Source of the DNA: Hormiphora californensis
Taxonomy: Eukaryota > Animalia > Ctenophora
Length of the DNA stretch: 64,000 bases
Assembly (NCBI GenBank): GCA_020137815.1
Contig: CM035354.1
Location: forward strand, 2,728,001-2,792,000
Direction: 5' to 3'
Below the pieces are notes generated by a model. The model was not told where the DNA came from. It ran no database searches and was given only the letters and a program-made list of their open reading frames with translations. Of this stretch, positions 1 to 16,037 are shown piece by piece. Numbering within the stretch: the first letter of the stretch is position 1; every line of letters starts with the position of its first letter. A program made the translations under genes and the position numbers.

Positions 1-149
1 GCTCTGTTAAACAGAGTCTGTTTGAGAGGGAGCCAAATGAAAATGGGAGGGTGCATGTGTTGATGGTTAAATTTATATTTCAGTTTCTGTCTTGCTAACT
101 CTGGCACATGTGTTTCAGGTTCTGGTAACTCCTCTGACACATGTTTCAG

Positions 150-1293
150 GTTCTGGTAACTCCTCTGGGAGCGACTACGAGAGTAAGAACACTCCGACTG
201 CTACATCTGGAAAAGTGAGAAGGCGATCACGTGCCAACAGGTACGGAATAATATAATTAGTAGTAGATATTGTTGTGTGATTGTCCCTAATTTGTTAACT
301 TCTGACTATCATAGCATCACAAAAACAGATCGTGCAGCATTCCATGGTGCAAATGGCTATCATTGTTAACTACCAACTAACATGTTGTTAACAATGTTAA
401 TAACATGTTGTTGTTACCAGGCGACCAACAGGAATTAGCCCGACACCCGACTCAGCTGAGACAGCTGACCCTCTGAAAGGGGGCAACCTCTGTCTCTCCC
501 TGACCATCCCAGACCCAAGTTACAACCAACAACAACAACAAAAGAAGGGCTCCGACCCGATAGCTCGGTTAAAAAAGGTAGTAGCAGTAATATAATCGAG
601 ATTATTCAAGGACACATTTCCTGATTTCAAAACAGCCCACTTTAAATCAGGAGCTTGAATCGTACCGCGAGAAAGCTGAAGAGAATGAGAGTCAGCTATA
701 TCGTGATCTGGAGGAGCTGAGAAGGAAGGATTTGCATATAAAGGCCCTCAACAAAACACATCTCAGACTGCAGCAATCATTTCTCCAGGCTCAAAAAGAC
801 ATGGTGGTATGTTAGCTAGGGTGGGTTACTAGGGTGGGTTACTAGGGAGGGTTACTAGGGAGGGTTACTAGGGAGGGATACTAGGGTGGGTTACTAGGGA
901 GGGTTACTAGGGAGGGTTACTAGGGTGGGTTACTAGGGAGGGTTACTAGGGAGGGTTACTAGGGAGGGTTACTAGGGAGGGTTACTAGGGTGGGATACTA
1001 GGGAGGGTTACTAGGGTGGGTTACTAGGGTGGGTAACTAGGGTGGGTTACTAGGGAGGGTTACTAGGGAGGGTTACTAGGGAGGGTTACTAGGGTGGGTT
1101 ACTAGGGTGGGTTACTAGGGAGGGTTACTATAAGGTTACCAGGGTTACCAGGGAGGGTCGAACTGTTTTAAATAATTTTTCCAATCTTCTTCAGAGAGTG
1201 AACCTATTGAAAGAAGAGAACGAGAAAATGGGAAAAGAAAACCAATCTCTGATAAGAATCATCTCAAAACTATCTCAGGATCTTGACCAATGA
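150..1293 (+). CDS. PPP1R12: 3' part of a myosin phosphatase targeting subunit-like gene (MYPT/PPP1R12 family); exons 150-240, 421-577, 651-806, 1195-1293; 5' part lies outside the window
   Basis: GT-AG splicing keeps one open frame: ...KVRRRSRANRRPTGISP... a coiled coil ...LLKEENEKMGKENQSLIRIISKLSQDLDQ*. The C-terminus resembles the MYPT1 leucine zipper (LKDENGALIRVISKLSK). RRPTGIS resembles the MYPT1 ROCK site RRSTGVS. Confidence 0.75.
815..1158 (+). repeat. 13-bp G-rich minisatellite (GGGTTACTAGGGW)n in a MYPT intron
   Basis: Direct tandem repeats that start just after the donor at 807. Confidence 0.9.
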
Positions 1294-2113
1294 GGGGCTG
1301 ACCGAGGGGAGACTTGACCTATCAGGGGGAAGTTGAAGAATTGTTGCATTCTATTTGACCGGCCGGGAAAAGAAAGATACCATTTTGTGTTACCAATACC
1401 ATTTCACATTTATTTCAACATTCCAAAATGAGATGTTTTTGCAACTATGTAGTTCCAGTTCAGAGTTCATATTGCCAATATAATGTCGGTTCCTATACCT
1501 CAACATGCATGTGGCGTGAACGCCATGTGTGTATGTGGAGTGAGAGAGAAGTGAGATAGTGAAAGAGATAGAGGGAGAAACAAAAAGAAAGAAACAGAGA
1601 GAGAGAAAGAGAGAAAAGGAAGGGAGAGAGACGCTTGTTGTGCAGTGCGTAGCAACACAGTCAATTGCTAGCTTACCAACTAACATGCAAATGGTCAGTT
1701 GCTCTGCTTAACAAGCGTCTTTCGCTCCACATCTATTGAGTATCTCTATCTCCCTCTCTCAAACTTGCTCCTTTATAAAACATCCCAGATACTCCTTTAT
1801 AAATTAAATGATCGTGACGTCACGTCATAGACCATATTTTGGCTTATCATGTCTATCATGGCATTGGCAATAATGGAACTCGCATTGACGCGCCTCGCCT
1901 CGCCTTTAGTCTTGTTTGTCCATTCAGACACTTTTATACAATACTGCAGTGCTATTATTGGTCTAAAGCTTGGTTGATTGGAATCAATTGTGTATGGCCA
2001 GCGATCAATAACTGGTCAGTCTAAATCGCACAATAGATCATCTATTAGATGGCCATCATTGTGTTCAAATAATCCACGTCAATTGTATGTTGATCGATTT
2101 TAATTCACCATCC

Positions 2114-2118
<5 letters not shown>

Positions 2119-2198
<80 letters not shown>
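2119..2198. repeat. (CT)n microsatellite
   Basis: Pure CT run. Confidence 0.95.
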
Positions 2199-2201
<3 letters not shown>

Positions 2202-2294
2202 CTCTCTTTCTCTCCACTTTCCCACCGCTGATCATTGACACCACTAATTGGCACTCTAGTCGATGCCATTGTGCCGTGATTAGCAGCTCAGACA

Positions 2295-3761
2295 ATGGCT
2301 TGCTGTGGGGTACTCTATGGGTGGAGGTACATCTGGTGGCAGGTAGCGAGATCAGCTGCTCTGTTCATGGTGGTCCTGGCGGGTGCCATGCCAGGGTGGA
2401 GTTATGAGTCCGTTACTGGCACTAGGATTGGACTGTATCACACTTGTATGAGGGCCATCTGCTCTACTACTTTCGAAGGTACGGGGGATGTATATCTAGA
2501 CAGATATCTAGACAGTGTGGGAGGATCATGAGGCGCGGGTGTTACTGTTAGAGCTGGGATACACAACAAATTCAGGGACAGGGGGTATCATGGAACTGTT
2601 TGATGGAAACACCAACGCGTTTGAAACAAGCAAAGAGAAAGGGACCTTTCTGAGGTAAAATATCAATATTTTTCAGCGGTGGAAGCGTTCAATGTGAACT
2701 CCGGTCTTGTGATAGCAAACGGAGTCCTAGCTGTGCTGGGACCGGCTCTTATCACAATCAATATACTCCTGCTCACACTCGAGATAGGGGCCAAGGGGCG
2801 AATCAACGGCGTCAAATTTAAGACCTTTGTGGTACTCAGAAACCGTAAGTTACAACGCACCAACTCCATATTATTACTGAAATTACTAAAACTGTTCAAA
2901 TCGTTCTAAACTCACGTGTTTCCTCTCCTACACAGGATCACCAAACTTCACCAAGTGGAGGGACGTGTTTGCATTTCTGGAGGCCCCCTTTGTCCTCGCT
3001 ACCATTGTTATCTATGTTGTCATCCACATGATGTACTATCAGTATCAGGAGGTGATGGAAGGCGGTGTAAAGGAGAAACAGGGTGAGTAGAGAGCAACAA
3101 CCGACCGAATCAAGTAAACAACCAATCAGAACTCGTTATTTAGGTCACGTGACTGGTTATCAGCCAATCAGGGACGAGTATCCACTGGTTCGGTCGGTTC
3201 CTAGTAGAGAGTTGTCAGTTGTATATCTAGATTGGAAAATAGGGTAAATTATTTCCAATATTATCTAGAAAAACTGATAGTAACTGATATAATGATCTCT
3301 CTAAATTTCAGAGTTCATCTTCTTTGTGTGTTTCTGGGTATACCTGTTCGCTTTCCTCCTCCTCCTTGCCGTTATGGTCCACGTGGCAATAGTGAAATGC
3401 ATCCACAGACGGAGGATCACACCCCCGGAGAACATTTGGAACCCCGGACTGATGGAGAACCCTGATCTCTATGCTAAAGGTGGTTGGGATTTAGTGATTT
3501 CCAACAACGTCTAGGAGGTGGGTTTTTGTGTGAAAATATAGCATATAATGCATGGAAATTAAGACGAGCATGCCTGCATAAAATGGGGGGGGGGGGTGTA
3601 ACAGGGGGGGGGGGTAGGAAGCGTGAAAATGGTTGGGGGAAAACAAAGGGGGTTGGGAAAAAACAAAGGGGGCTGGATTATTGAGGAACTATATCGTCCT
3701 GTAACTCCTCTTCTCTCTCATCCACACAGGGAGGAGGAGGAGTTACAGCTGTGTTCACTAA
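2295..3761 (+). CDS. Claudin/PMP22/EMP-superfamily tetraspan membrane protein; exons 2295-2478, 2677-2844, 2936-3082, 3312-3479, ~3730-3761
   Basis: Phase-consistent GT-AG exons encode four hydrophobic segments. The first loop carries the W...GLY-x2-C-x4-C signature (PGWSYESVTGTRIGLYHTCMRAIC). The last exon is less certain. Confidence 0.72.
3096..3203. mobile_element. hAT-like ~109-bp MITE (family A), left TIR degenerate
   Basis: Shared core aaccaatcagaactcgttatttaggtcacgtgactgg; gtagagag on both flanks. Confidence 0.8.
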
Positions 3762-4381
3762 CCCTGCATTGTGGATATCCTCCCTCTCTCAACCAGGTTC
3801 ATGGAGGATTCACGAGGAGGAGGATGGAGTGGAGATGTATACCAATCATGATGACGTCATAAATAATAATCGTGACGTTATCACTTCAACACTGTCATCA
3901 GGTCCCTACACAGTCGGCCCCTGAAACTATCAGCTAGAGGTCCCTTTACAGTCCCCTGAAACTGAGAGAGATGAACTGCAGAGATTACAAGTGATATGTG
4001 TCATGGACTGAATGATTATCTTTCTTAGACCCCATGGTTAAGTGGTTTAATGGTTGAGAGCGAGATATCAGAGAGTGTTATATCAGGGGTCGAAGAAAGA
4101 TCTCGATGTGATATAAACTGAACAATTTCAAGATTTGTAACGAAATGTGATACAGATACATTATTATTACAACTTCAAAATTAATATATCTTCTACTGCT
4201 TTTTATACAAATATAATATCATTGTCATTGCATTGACGCGCTGTCATTCCATTGACGCCGTTATTGCACGGATAATTAGCAAGTCTTAATTAATCGTCGT
4301 CATCACGCATATAATATGATAATGGAAAACTGTCCGTGAAACTTTAAAACTGGGTCCAGCCCTGTCAATAGTTAGTTGCAG

Positions 4382-7879
<3,498 letters not shown>

Positions 7880-8297
7880 GGTGTTGTTAGGGTGTTGTTA
7901 GGGTGTTGTTAGGGTGTTGTTATGTGGTGTTGGAGCACAATTCAAAACAGAACTAGAGAATGGTTGAGTGAAGGGTTGTGTGTGTGGTGGTAGCATGTGT
8001 TATAGTGCACGTGGTACGCGCGGGGTAGTCACGTGACCATGATCACGTGATGTTGTAGTGCAGTATGAGGGGGGTGAGAGAGCTACTGAATTGGTAGAAT
8101 CGAGAGAGAGAGGCATTGTTTTGGTTAACACAAGTAAATAGGAATCACAGTGATTAGGAAAGCAGAGTGAGAGGGGGAGGTTCCACAATTCGTCCCTTCA
8201 GAGGGCTCTTCACCAATCAGAACTCGTTATTTAGGTCACGTGACTGGTTATCAGCCAATCAAGGACCAGTATTTCCTGATTGGTCTGTCCTTGGTTA

Positions 8298-11200
8298 CTA
8301 GTGTCCTCGACAGCAGAACCCAGCCTGTATCCTGTACTCCTCGTCACAACCCGTGGGGGAGCAGTCCCTTTTCTCGGTGTTGACACAATCCTCATCACAC
8401 CCCGTCATATCCTCCCAAGGGCTGCACGTACACTCGTCAGCTTCGAGTGCTCCAAATGCGTTATCTTCCTCTAAATGGGGAGTGTTGGAAGTGGCTTATA
8501 GTTGGATATAAAATATGGGAGCAAACAGTCAAGCGCGAGGACTACTCTAGTTGTCGACAGCTGATTCGATATATGTGGAGGCACCCTGCATGGGTCTGAT
8601 GGTCCCATGGTTGCGGGTTGACACCAGGAACCGACCGAAACAAGTAAACAACCAATCAGAACTCGTTATTTAGGTCACGTGACTGGTTATCAGCCAATCA
8701 GAGACCAGTATTTTCTGATTCGGTCGGTTCCTGGTTGACATGCCTACCTTTAGGGTGACACCGGTATGGCTCACAGAAGCACTCATCGACACTTCTCCAC
8801 TGGTGACTTCCAGGCTTCCCATTGTTCAGGGTGCAATCACCAATATCAAACCACTTCCCACACAACTCCTCCTGGCAGTGCTGACCATCTGGTGGGGGAG
8901 GGTAGTGGTTAGTAGGGACGAATCTCTCACAAAAAGAAGTGGTTGACTCACTATGAGGGTAGTGGTAGTGGTGGAGAAAAGAGAGGTAACGGAGAGTCTC
9001 CCCATCTAGTGGGGAGGGAGGGGAGGGGGGTATCGGAGAGTCTCCCCATCTAGTGGGGAGGCCGGAGGGTAGTGGTAGTGGTTAGTGGGGACGAATCTCT
9101 CACAAAAAGAAGTGGTTGACTCACTATGAGGGTAGTGGTAGTGGTGGAGAAAAGAGAGGTAACGGAGAGTCTCCCCATCTAGTGGGGAGGGAGGGAAGGG
9201 GGGTATCGGAGAGACTCCTCCCCCCCATCTAATGGGGAGGGAGGGAGGGAGGGGGTTGTTGAAGAGAAAGATAAGAGATTTGGATTCGAGAAAGTGGGAC
9301 TGCTGATTTGATGAGAGCGGTTGCCATGGGCGTGAACCCCTTTCAGGGGGTGTGGTTTCTATACCTGGTACACATCGGAATTCATCGCAAGAGTTCCTGT
9401 CACAATTCCTGACGCTTCTCCACTGGTGAGTACCCTCCTCTCCCTCCCTGCACTTCCCCACGTTAATCCACTTGCCACACGCACTGCAGTCACCTGGAGA
9501 GATGGAGATGAGCTGTATGTCGGCGCCATACCCCATTTGATTCTCAAAGCGCTCAGATGGGGTCGCGGCGCCAGACAGGAGAGGGACACATGATGGTGGA
9601 GAATGGAGATAATGTCTCTCCTGGTGATATATTAGGAAGAGACACATCATGATAGTGGAGATGAGAAAATTAGGAGAGTTTGTGTCTGTCTGTGTATGTT
9701 TCAAGGGGTGTTTCCGGGGGTGTTTCCGGGGGTGTTTCAAGGGATGTTTGGACTGGTGTTTCCCGGGGTGTAGTAGTAGGAGTGTATATTTACCAGCTAT
9801 AACGTTCTCTGTTTTGCAACACTGCGTCTCAGTTGAGTTCCTGATCTGTTCATCACAACTGTCAGGCACACAGCTCCTCCACTGCTCCTGGATACACCCG
9901 GCAGCATCCCCGAAACAGGATACACCAACCCAGGCGTTACACCTACACGATTCTGGATGGGGGGGGGGGGCGTTACACCTACACGATTATGGAGGGGGGG
10001 GGGGGGCGTTACACCTACACGATTCTGGAGGGGGGGGGCGTTACAACTACACGATTCTGGAGGGGGGGGGCGTTACACCTACACGATTATGGAGGGGGGG
10101 GGGGGGCGTTACACCTACACGATTATGGAGGGGGGGGGGGCGTTACACCTACACGATTCTGCAGAGGGGGGGGGGGGCGTTACACCTACACGATTATGGA
10201 GGGGGGGGGGGGGCGTTACACCTACACGATTCTGGAGGGGGGGGGGGCGTTACAACTACACGATTCTGGAGGGGGGGGCGTTACACCTACACGACTCTGG
10301 AGGGGAGGGGGGTGAGGTTACTAAAGGGGTTCTGTGGGGGGGGGGGGTACACCTACAAGATTCTGGAGGGGGGGGGGCGTTACACCTACACGATTCTGGA
10401 GGGGGGGGGGGCGTTACACCTACACGATTCTGGAGGGGGGGGGTTACATCTACATGATTCTGGAGGGGGGGGGGGCGTTACACCTACACGATTCTGGAGG
10501 GGGTGAGGTTACTAAAGGGGTTCTGTGGGGGGGGGGGGGTACACCTACAAGATTCTGGAGGGGGGGGGGCGTTACACCTACACGATTCTGGAGGGGGGGG
10601 GGGCGTTACACCTACACGATTCTGGAGGGGGGGGCGTTACACCTACACGATTCTGGAGGGGGGGGGGGGGCGTTACACCTACACGATTCTGGAGGGGGTG
10701 AGGTTACTAAAGGGGTTCTGTGGAGAGGGGGGGTTGATAGACTGGAAATGAAAACGGTGATTCGGGGAGGGGGTTGATAGACTGGAAATGAAAACGGTGA
10801 TTCGGGGAGGGGGTTGATAGACTGGAAATGAAAACGGTGATTCGGGGAGGGGGTTGATAGACTGGAAATGAAAACGGTGATTCGGGGAGGGGGTTGATAG
10901 ACTGGAAATGAAAACGGTGATTCGGGGAGGGGGTTGATAGACTGGAAATGAAAACGGTGATTCGGGGAGGGGGTTGATAGACTGGAAATGAAAACGGTGA
11001 TTCGGGGAGGGGGTTGATAGACTGGAAATGAAAACGGTGATTCGGGGAGGGGGTTGATAGACTGGAAATGAAAACGGTGATTCGGGGAGGGGGTTGATAG
11101 ACTGGAAATGAAAACGGTGATTCGGGGAGGGGGTTGATAGACTGGAAATGAAAACGGTGATTCGGGGAGGGGGTTGATAGACTGGAAATGAAAACGGTGA

Positions 11201-14200
11201 TTCGGGGAGGGGGTTGATAGACTGGAAATGAAAACGGTGATTCGGGGAGGGGGTTGATAGACTGGAAATGAAAACGGTGATTCGGGGAGGGGGTTGATAG
11301 ACTGGAAATGAAAACGGTGATTCGGGGAGGGGGTTGATAGACTGGAAATGAAAACGGTGATTCGGGGAGGGGGTTGATAGACTGGAAATGAAAACGGTGA
11401 TTCGGGGAGGGGGTTGATAGACTGGAAATGAAAACGGTGATTCGGGGAGGGGGTTGATAGACTGGAAATGAAAACGGTGATTCGGGGAGGGGGTTGATAG
11501 ACTGGAAATGAAAACGGTGATTCGGGGAGGGGGTTGATAGACTGGAAATGAAAACGGTGATTCGGGGAGGGGGTGGGTGAGAGATGGGAGATTGCTAGAG
11601 GGATTCTGTTAGAGATTCGAGATTACTAGAGGGGTGGGGGCAGTACTAATATGAGACCTACCTTGTTCCTCCTCTTCCTCCACTTCATTTTCCTCCTCTT
11701 CATTCTCCTCCTCGGCAAGTTCACAACATGGTTCAGCAATAGCCTTTTCCTCAATATCACACTGATCACTGCACTCCCTCACCATACTAGCATCACAACT
11801 CTCCTTACATCCCCACTGAGTACACGTGCAGGTATCACAACACGGCTCCAGGATCCCCTTCTCTTCTATATCACAGGAATCAGGACAGTCCCTGACCATG
11901 GTAGCATCACAGTTCGGTTTGCATCTCCATTCTGAGCACTGACAGGCCGGTGGCTCCTCTTCCTCCTTAACACAACACGGCTCTGCAATACCCTTCTCCT
12001 CTATATCACAGTCGTTAATACAGCTCCGAATCATGGTCTCGTCACAGCTCTCCTTGCACCTCCAAGCTGAGCAGAAACACTCTGGCTCCTCAATCTCACA
12101 GCACGGCTCCCTGATGGTCTTCTCCTCTCTATCACACCCTGCATCGTGACAATCCCTGATCATGGTATTATCACAGGTGTCCTTGCATCTCCACTCAGAA
12201 CAGTGACACTCCTCGTGCTCCTCTTCTTTCTCTTCTTCCTCGTGGTGGTGCACCTCTTCTTCTTTCTCTTCTTCTTCTTTCTCTTCTTCTTCCTCATGGT
12301 GGTGGTGAACCTCCTCCTCCTTCTCCTCCTCTTCTTCTTCATGGTGGTGCACCTCCTCTTCTTCCTCCTCTTCGTTTTGACAACACGGCTGTGCGATGGG
12401 TTTCTCCTCTATATCACACCCTGCATCGTGACAATCCCTGATCATGGTATTATCACAGGTGTCCTTGCATCTCCACTCAGAACAGTGACACTCCTTCTCC
12501 TCTTCTTCTTTCTGACAACACGGCTGTGCGATGGGTTTCTCCTCAATATCGCAGTTATTCAGACAGTTCCTGATCATACTAGCATCACAGCTATCCTTAC
12601 ACCTCCACTCCGAGCACACACATTTCACCTCAGGAGGGGTGGGGATGACACAACATGGCTGGGAAATGGGTTTCTCTTCTATATCGCACGAGTTGGGACA
12701 TGTCCGGACCATTGTGGCATCACATGTCTCCTTGCATTGCCATTCTGAACATATACAGGGTGGTTCCTCCTCTTTCCTGGTGCAACAGGGCTCCTTCAGT
12801 GCCTTGAACTGCAGGGAGATGGTTGTGTTAATGGGGGGGGGGATGTCAAACAAATGGTATGGTCGAAGTTTGTTGATGCTTGAGATCAGTTGTTTATAAA
12901 AACCATGGTTGTAGTGTCAGGCCAACGCTCTGACCGCGGTGCTCCGAATGAGAATAGGGCCAGGCTAATGCTCTGACAGCGTTTGTATATTAAATATACT
13001 ATATTTGAACACAACAAAACTTACCTCCAGGTCACACCCATTGGAACACTCTCGGACCATACTTTTACAGTCACTGCCACATTGCCACTCCGTACAGGTA
13101 CAATCCTCTGTGAGAGAACGAGTGTCAGAAATTTACTTTTTTAGCTGACTAATTAACTAATTAATTGCCTAATTAACTGACTAATTAACTAATTAATTGC
13201 CTAATTAACTCACCGCACTGTTCAACAGGTAGCACTGGACACTTGACAGCCAACTCCCACGGTTTCCCGGGGCAACGCTCCCTTGAGACTGAGAAATCAT
13301 ACCCCTTACACAGACAGTGCTTGTAAATGGGTCTGATACGTCTGTGGCAAGTGGGATCTCCACAGTCAGGTTCCGACCAATCACTCCACTCTGAGTTGGA
13401 GGGGATATAATAAGATAGGGGAGACGGATATGATGGGTTACAGCTAGGCTCTAATCCAAGGAGATGGAAGAGGAAGGAGGTTCTGAATATAATTGGAGGG
13501 GATATAATAAGAGGGGGAGAGCGGGGAGACAGATGGGTCACCAAGTTCAAGGAGATATGTGAGAGGAAGGGGGTGCATGTTTATCAAATAGGGGAAACTG
13601 TATTCAACTGTAACATCACGCACACTGCCCGGTACCGAGACAAGGGGTTACATTTGGTAACGAAATAACCCCTCTTTGCGCTCTGGCAAGGGATCAGGGT
13701 AACTTCGTTACCAAGGGGGTACATTTGGTAACGAAATAACCCCTCTTTGCGCTCTGGCAAGGGAGGGTAACTTTGTTACCAATTGGGGCTCATGATACCT
13801 GTGGCACACTCTCGTTTCTCCTCATAAATCCCCCCAGACTGAGCAGAGCACTCTCCCTCCTCGTAATGGATCCCAGATTTGTCTGCACAGAAGCAGTTTC
13901 GGGTTCTCTCCTGTTCACACGCCATGTCACACTCTTCCGACCAGGAGGTCCAGCTTGCCAGACGATCTGAGAAGGGTGGGGGGGGGGGTCGTCAGACGAT
14001 CTGAGAAGGGTGGGGGAGATCAGTTAGAAAAAGGATTGTGGTTTGGGTATTATCTGAGAAATTGGGGCGAATAACTTTATTGACTGCGTTTCAGGTATGC
14101 ATGACAAGTAGGGGAGCAAGACGATCATGGCTGTCGGAAAAGTGAGGAACACGCTTCAGATCTCCAGCTCCCCTTTCAATTCGGGTCAAGATGGGATGGG

Positions 14201-15557
14201 GACAACAACACACTCACAAGGTTTAGGAGAACACGAAACATTTTCAGTAACTCCACCATCCAACGCCGCACATTTCTCAGCACTACTGTAAATCTTATTG
14301 TTTGATCTACAGCGGCACTTCCTGGTTCTCTGGGCAGTAGTTTCACTGCACTGGGCCTCCGTACAACCACCACTCCATGCAGTCCACTCTAGTAGGGGGG
14401 GGGGTTAGGGATTGTAAGAGCAGTCCACTCTACCGGGAGGGGGGGGGGGTTAGGGATTGTAAGAGCAGTCCAATCTAGTAGGGGGGTTAGGGCTTGTAAG
14501 AGCAGTCCACTCTACCGGGGGGGGGGGGGGGGGGTTAGGGATTGTAAGAGCAGTCCATTATAGTAGGGGGGTTAGGGCTTGTAAGAGCGGATACGGGAAG
14601 AGTCTGAACCATCAAAAAGATAATGGTCACATTATATCGAGATACGAATGGGTAGGTCCAATTAGGTCTTACCGACGGGGCAGGGTTGGGTCTCGGTAAA
14701 TTCTCCCGTACACTTCAGATTCTTGAAATCAAAGTCATACTTCCCATCAACAGGACAGTGACACTTCCTCACTCTCTTCCTCTCGCAGCTTTTATCACAC
14801 TGCGACCAGGGACCCCAGTCTTCCCATTCGTAGTCAAACTTGGGAGGGCACATGAGGGGTTCACTATTCAGGAGGAGCTCCCGATCACCCCCGACAGGGC
14901 AGGATCCTTGGTACCAGGGTGGGTTACAGACACACTCGGCCCCCACATAGATAGGGTGAGGTTCACACGATTTAGAAGGGAGGTTGTCACACGATGCGTC
15001 CAACTTCTCCCACTTGCACTGGCAAGGCTCCGAGGGACATTCGAATTCCCTAAAATGTTCACCTTCACACCTGGAAAATAGAAGATAATTAAGAGATATG
15101 TAATTAGGAGATATGTAATTAAGAGATAATTAGGAGATAATTAAGAGATAACTAGGAGATAATTAAGAGATATAATTATCATTTAAAGAAGACTTTGATA
15201 GGTATTATACTAACTTGGTGTTGCTGACGACGATGGGACTGTTTGCTTGGCAGTAGCACTGTCTGTATTCTGCGCTCCTGATATCACACTGCTTAACAAT
15301 ATTCTGGTCAGGACACTTCTTTTGTATCCATTCACCCCATTCTGAAATATGTGGAGTTGAACAGACAGACAGACAGACAGACAGACAGAGAGACAGACAG
15401 AGAGACAGACAGAGAGACAGACAGACATGCAGAGAGACAGACAGACATACATACGGACAGAGAAAGACAGACAGACGGACAGACAGACAGACAGACAGTC
15501 AGACAGACAGACAGACAGACAGACAGAGACAGACAGACAGACAGACAGACAGACGTC

Positions 15558-15608
<51 letters not shown>

Positions 15609-15617
15609 GAGACAGAC

Positions 15618-15680
<63 letters not shown>

Positions 15681-15890
15681 TAGACAGACAGACAGACAGA
15701 CAGATAGATAGACAGAGACAGACAGAAAGACGTCAGACAGAGACAGACAGACAGACAGAGACAGACAGACAGACAGACAGACATACAGACAGATAGACAG
15801 ACAGAGACAGACAAACAGACGTCAGACAGAGACAGACAGACAGACAGAGACAGACAGACAGACAGACGTCAGACAGACAGACAGAGAGAC

Positions 15891-15945
<55 letters not shown>

Positions 15946-16006
15946 GACAGACAGACAGACGTCAGATAGAGACAGACAGACAGACAGAGACAGACAGACA
16001 GACGTC

Positions 16007-16037
<31 letters not shown>

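Noticed and set aside
815-1158. Interstitial telomere
   Set aside because: The unit is 13 bp (TTACTAGGGWGGG), not TTAGGG, and it lies inside an intron.
9649-10777. Gly-rich + strand ORFs (285, 166, 147 aa)
   Set aside because: They are translations of a G-rich minisatellite antisense to the real gene.
12146-12748. Hydrophobic 200-aa + strand ORF resembling a membrane protein
   Set aside because: It is the antisense shadow of the Glu-rich exon.
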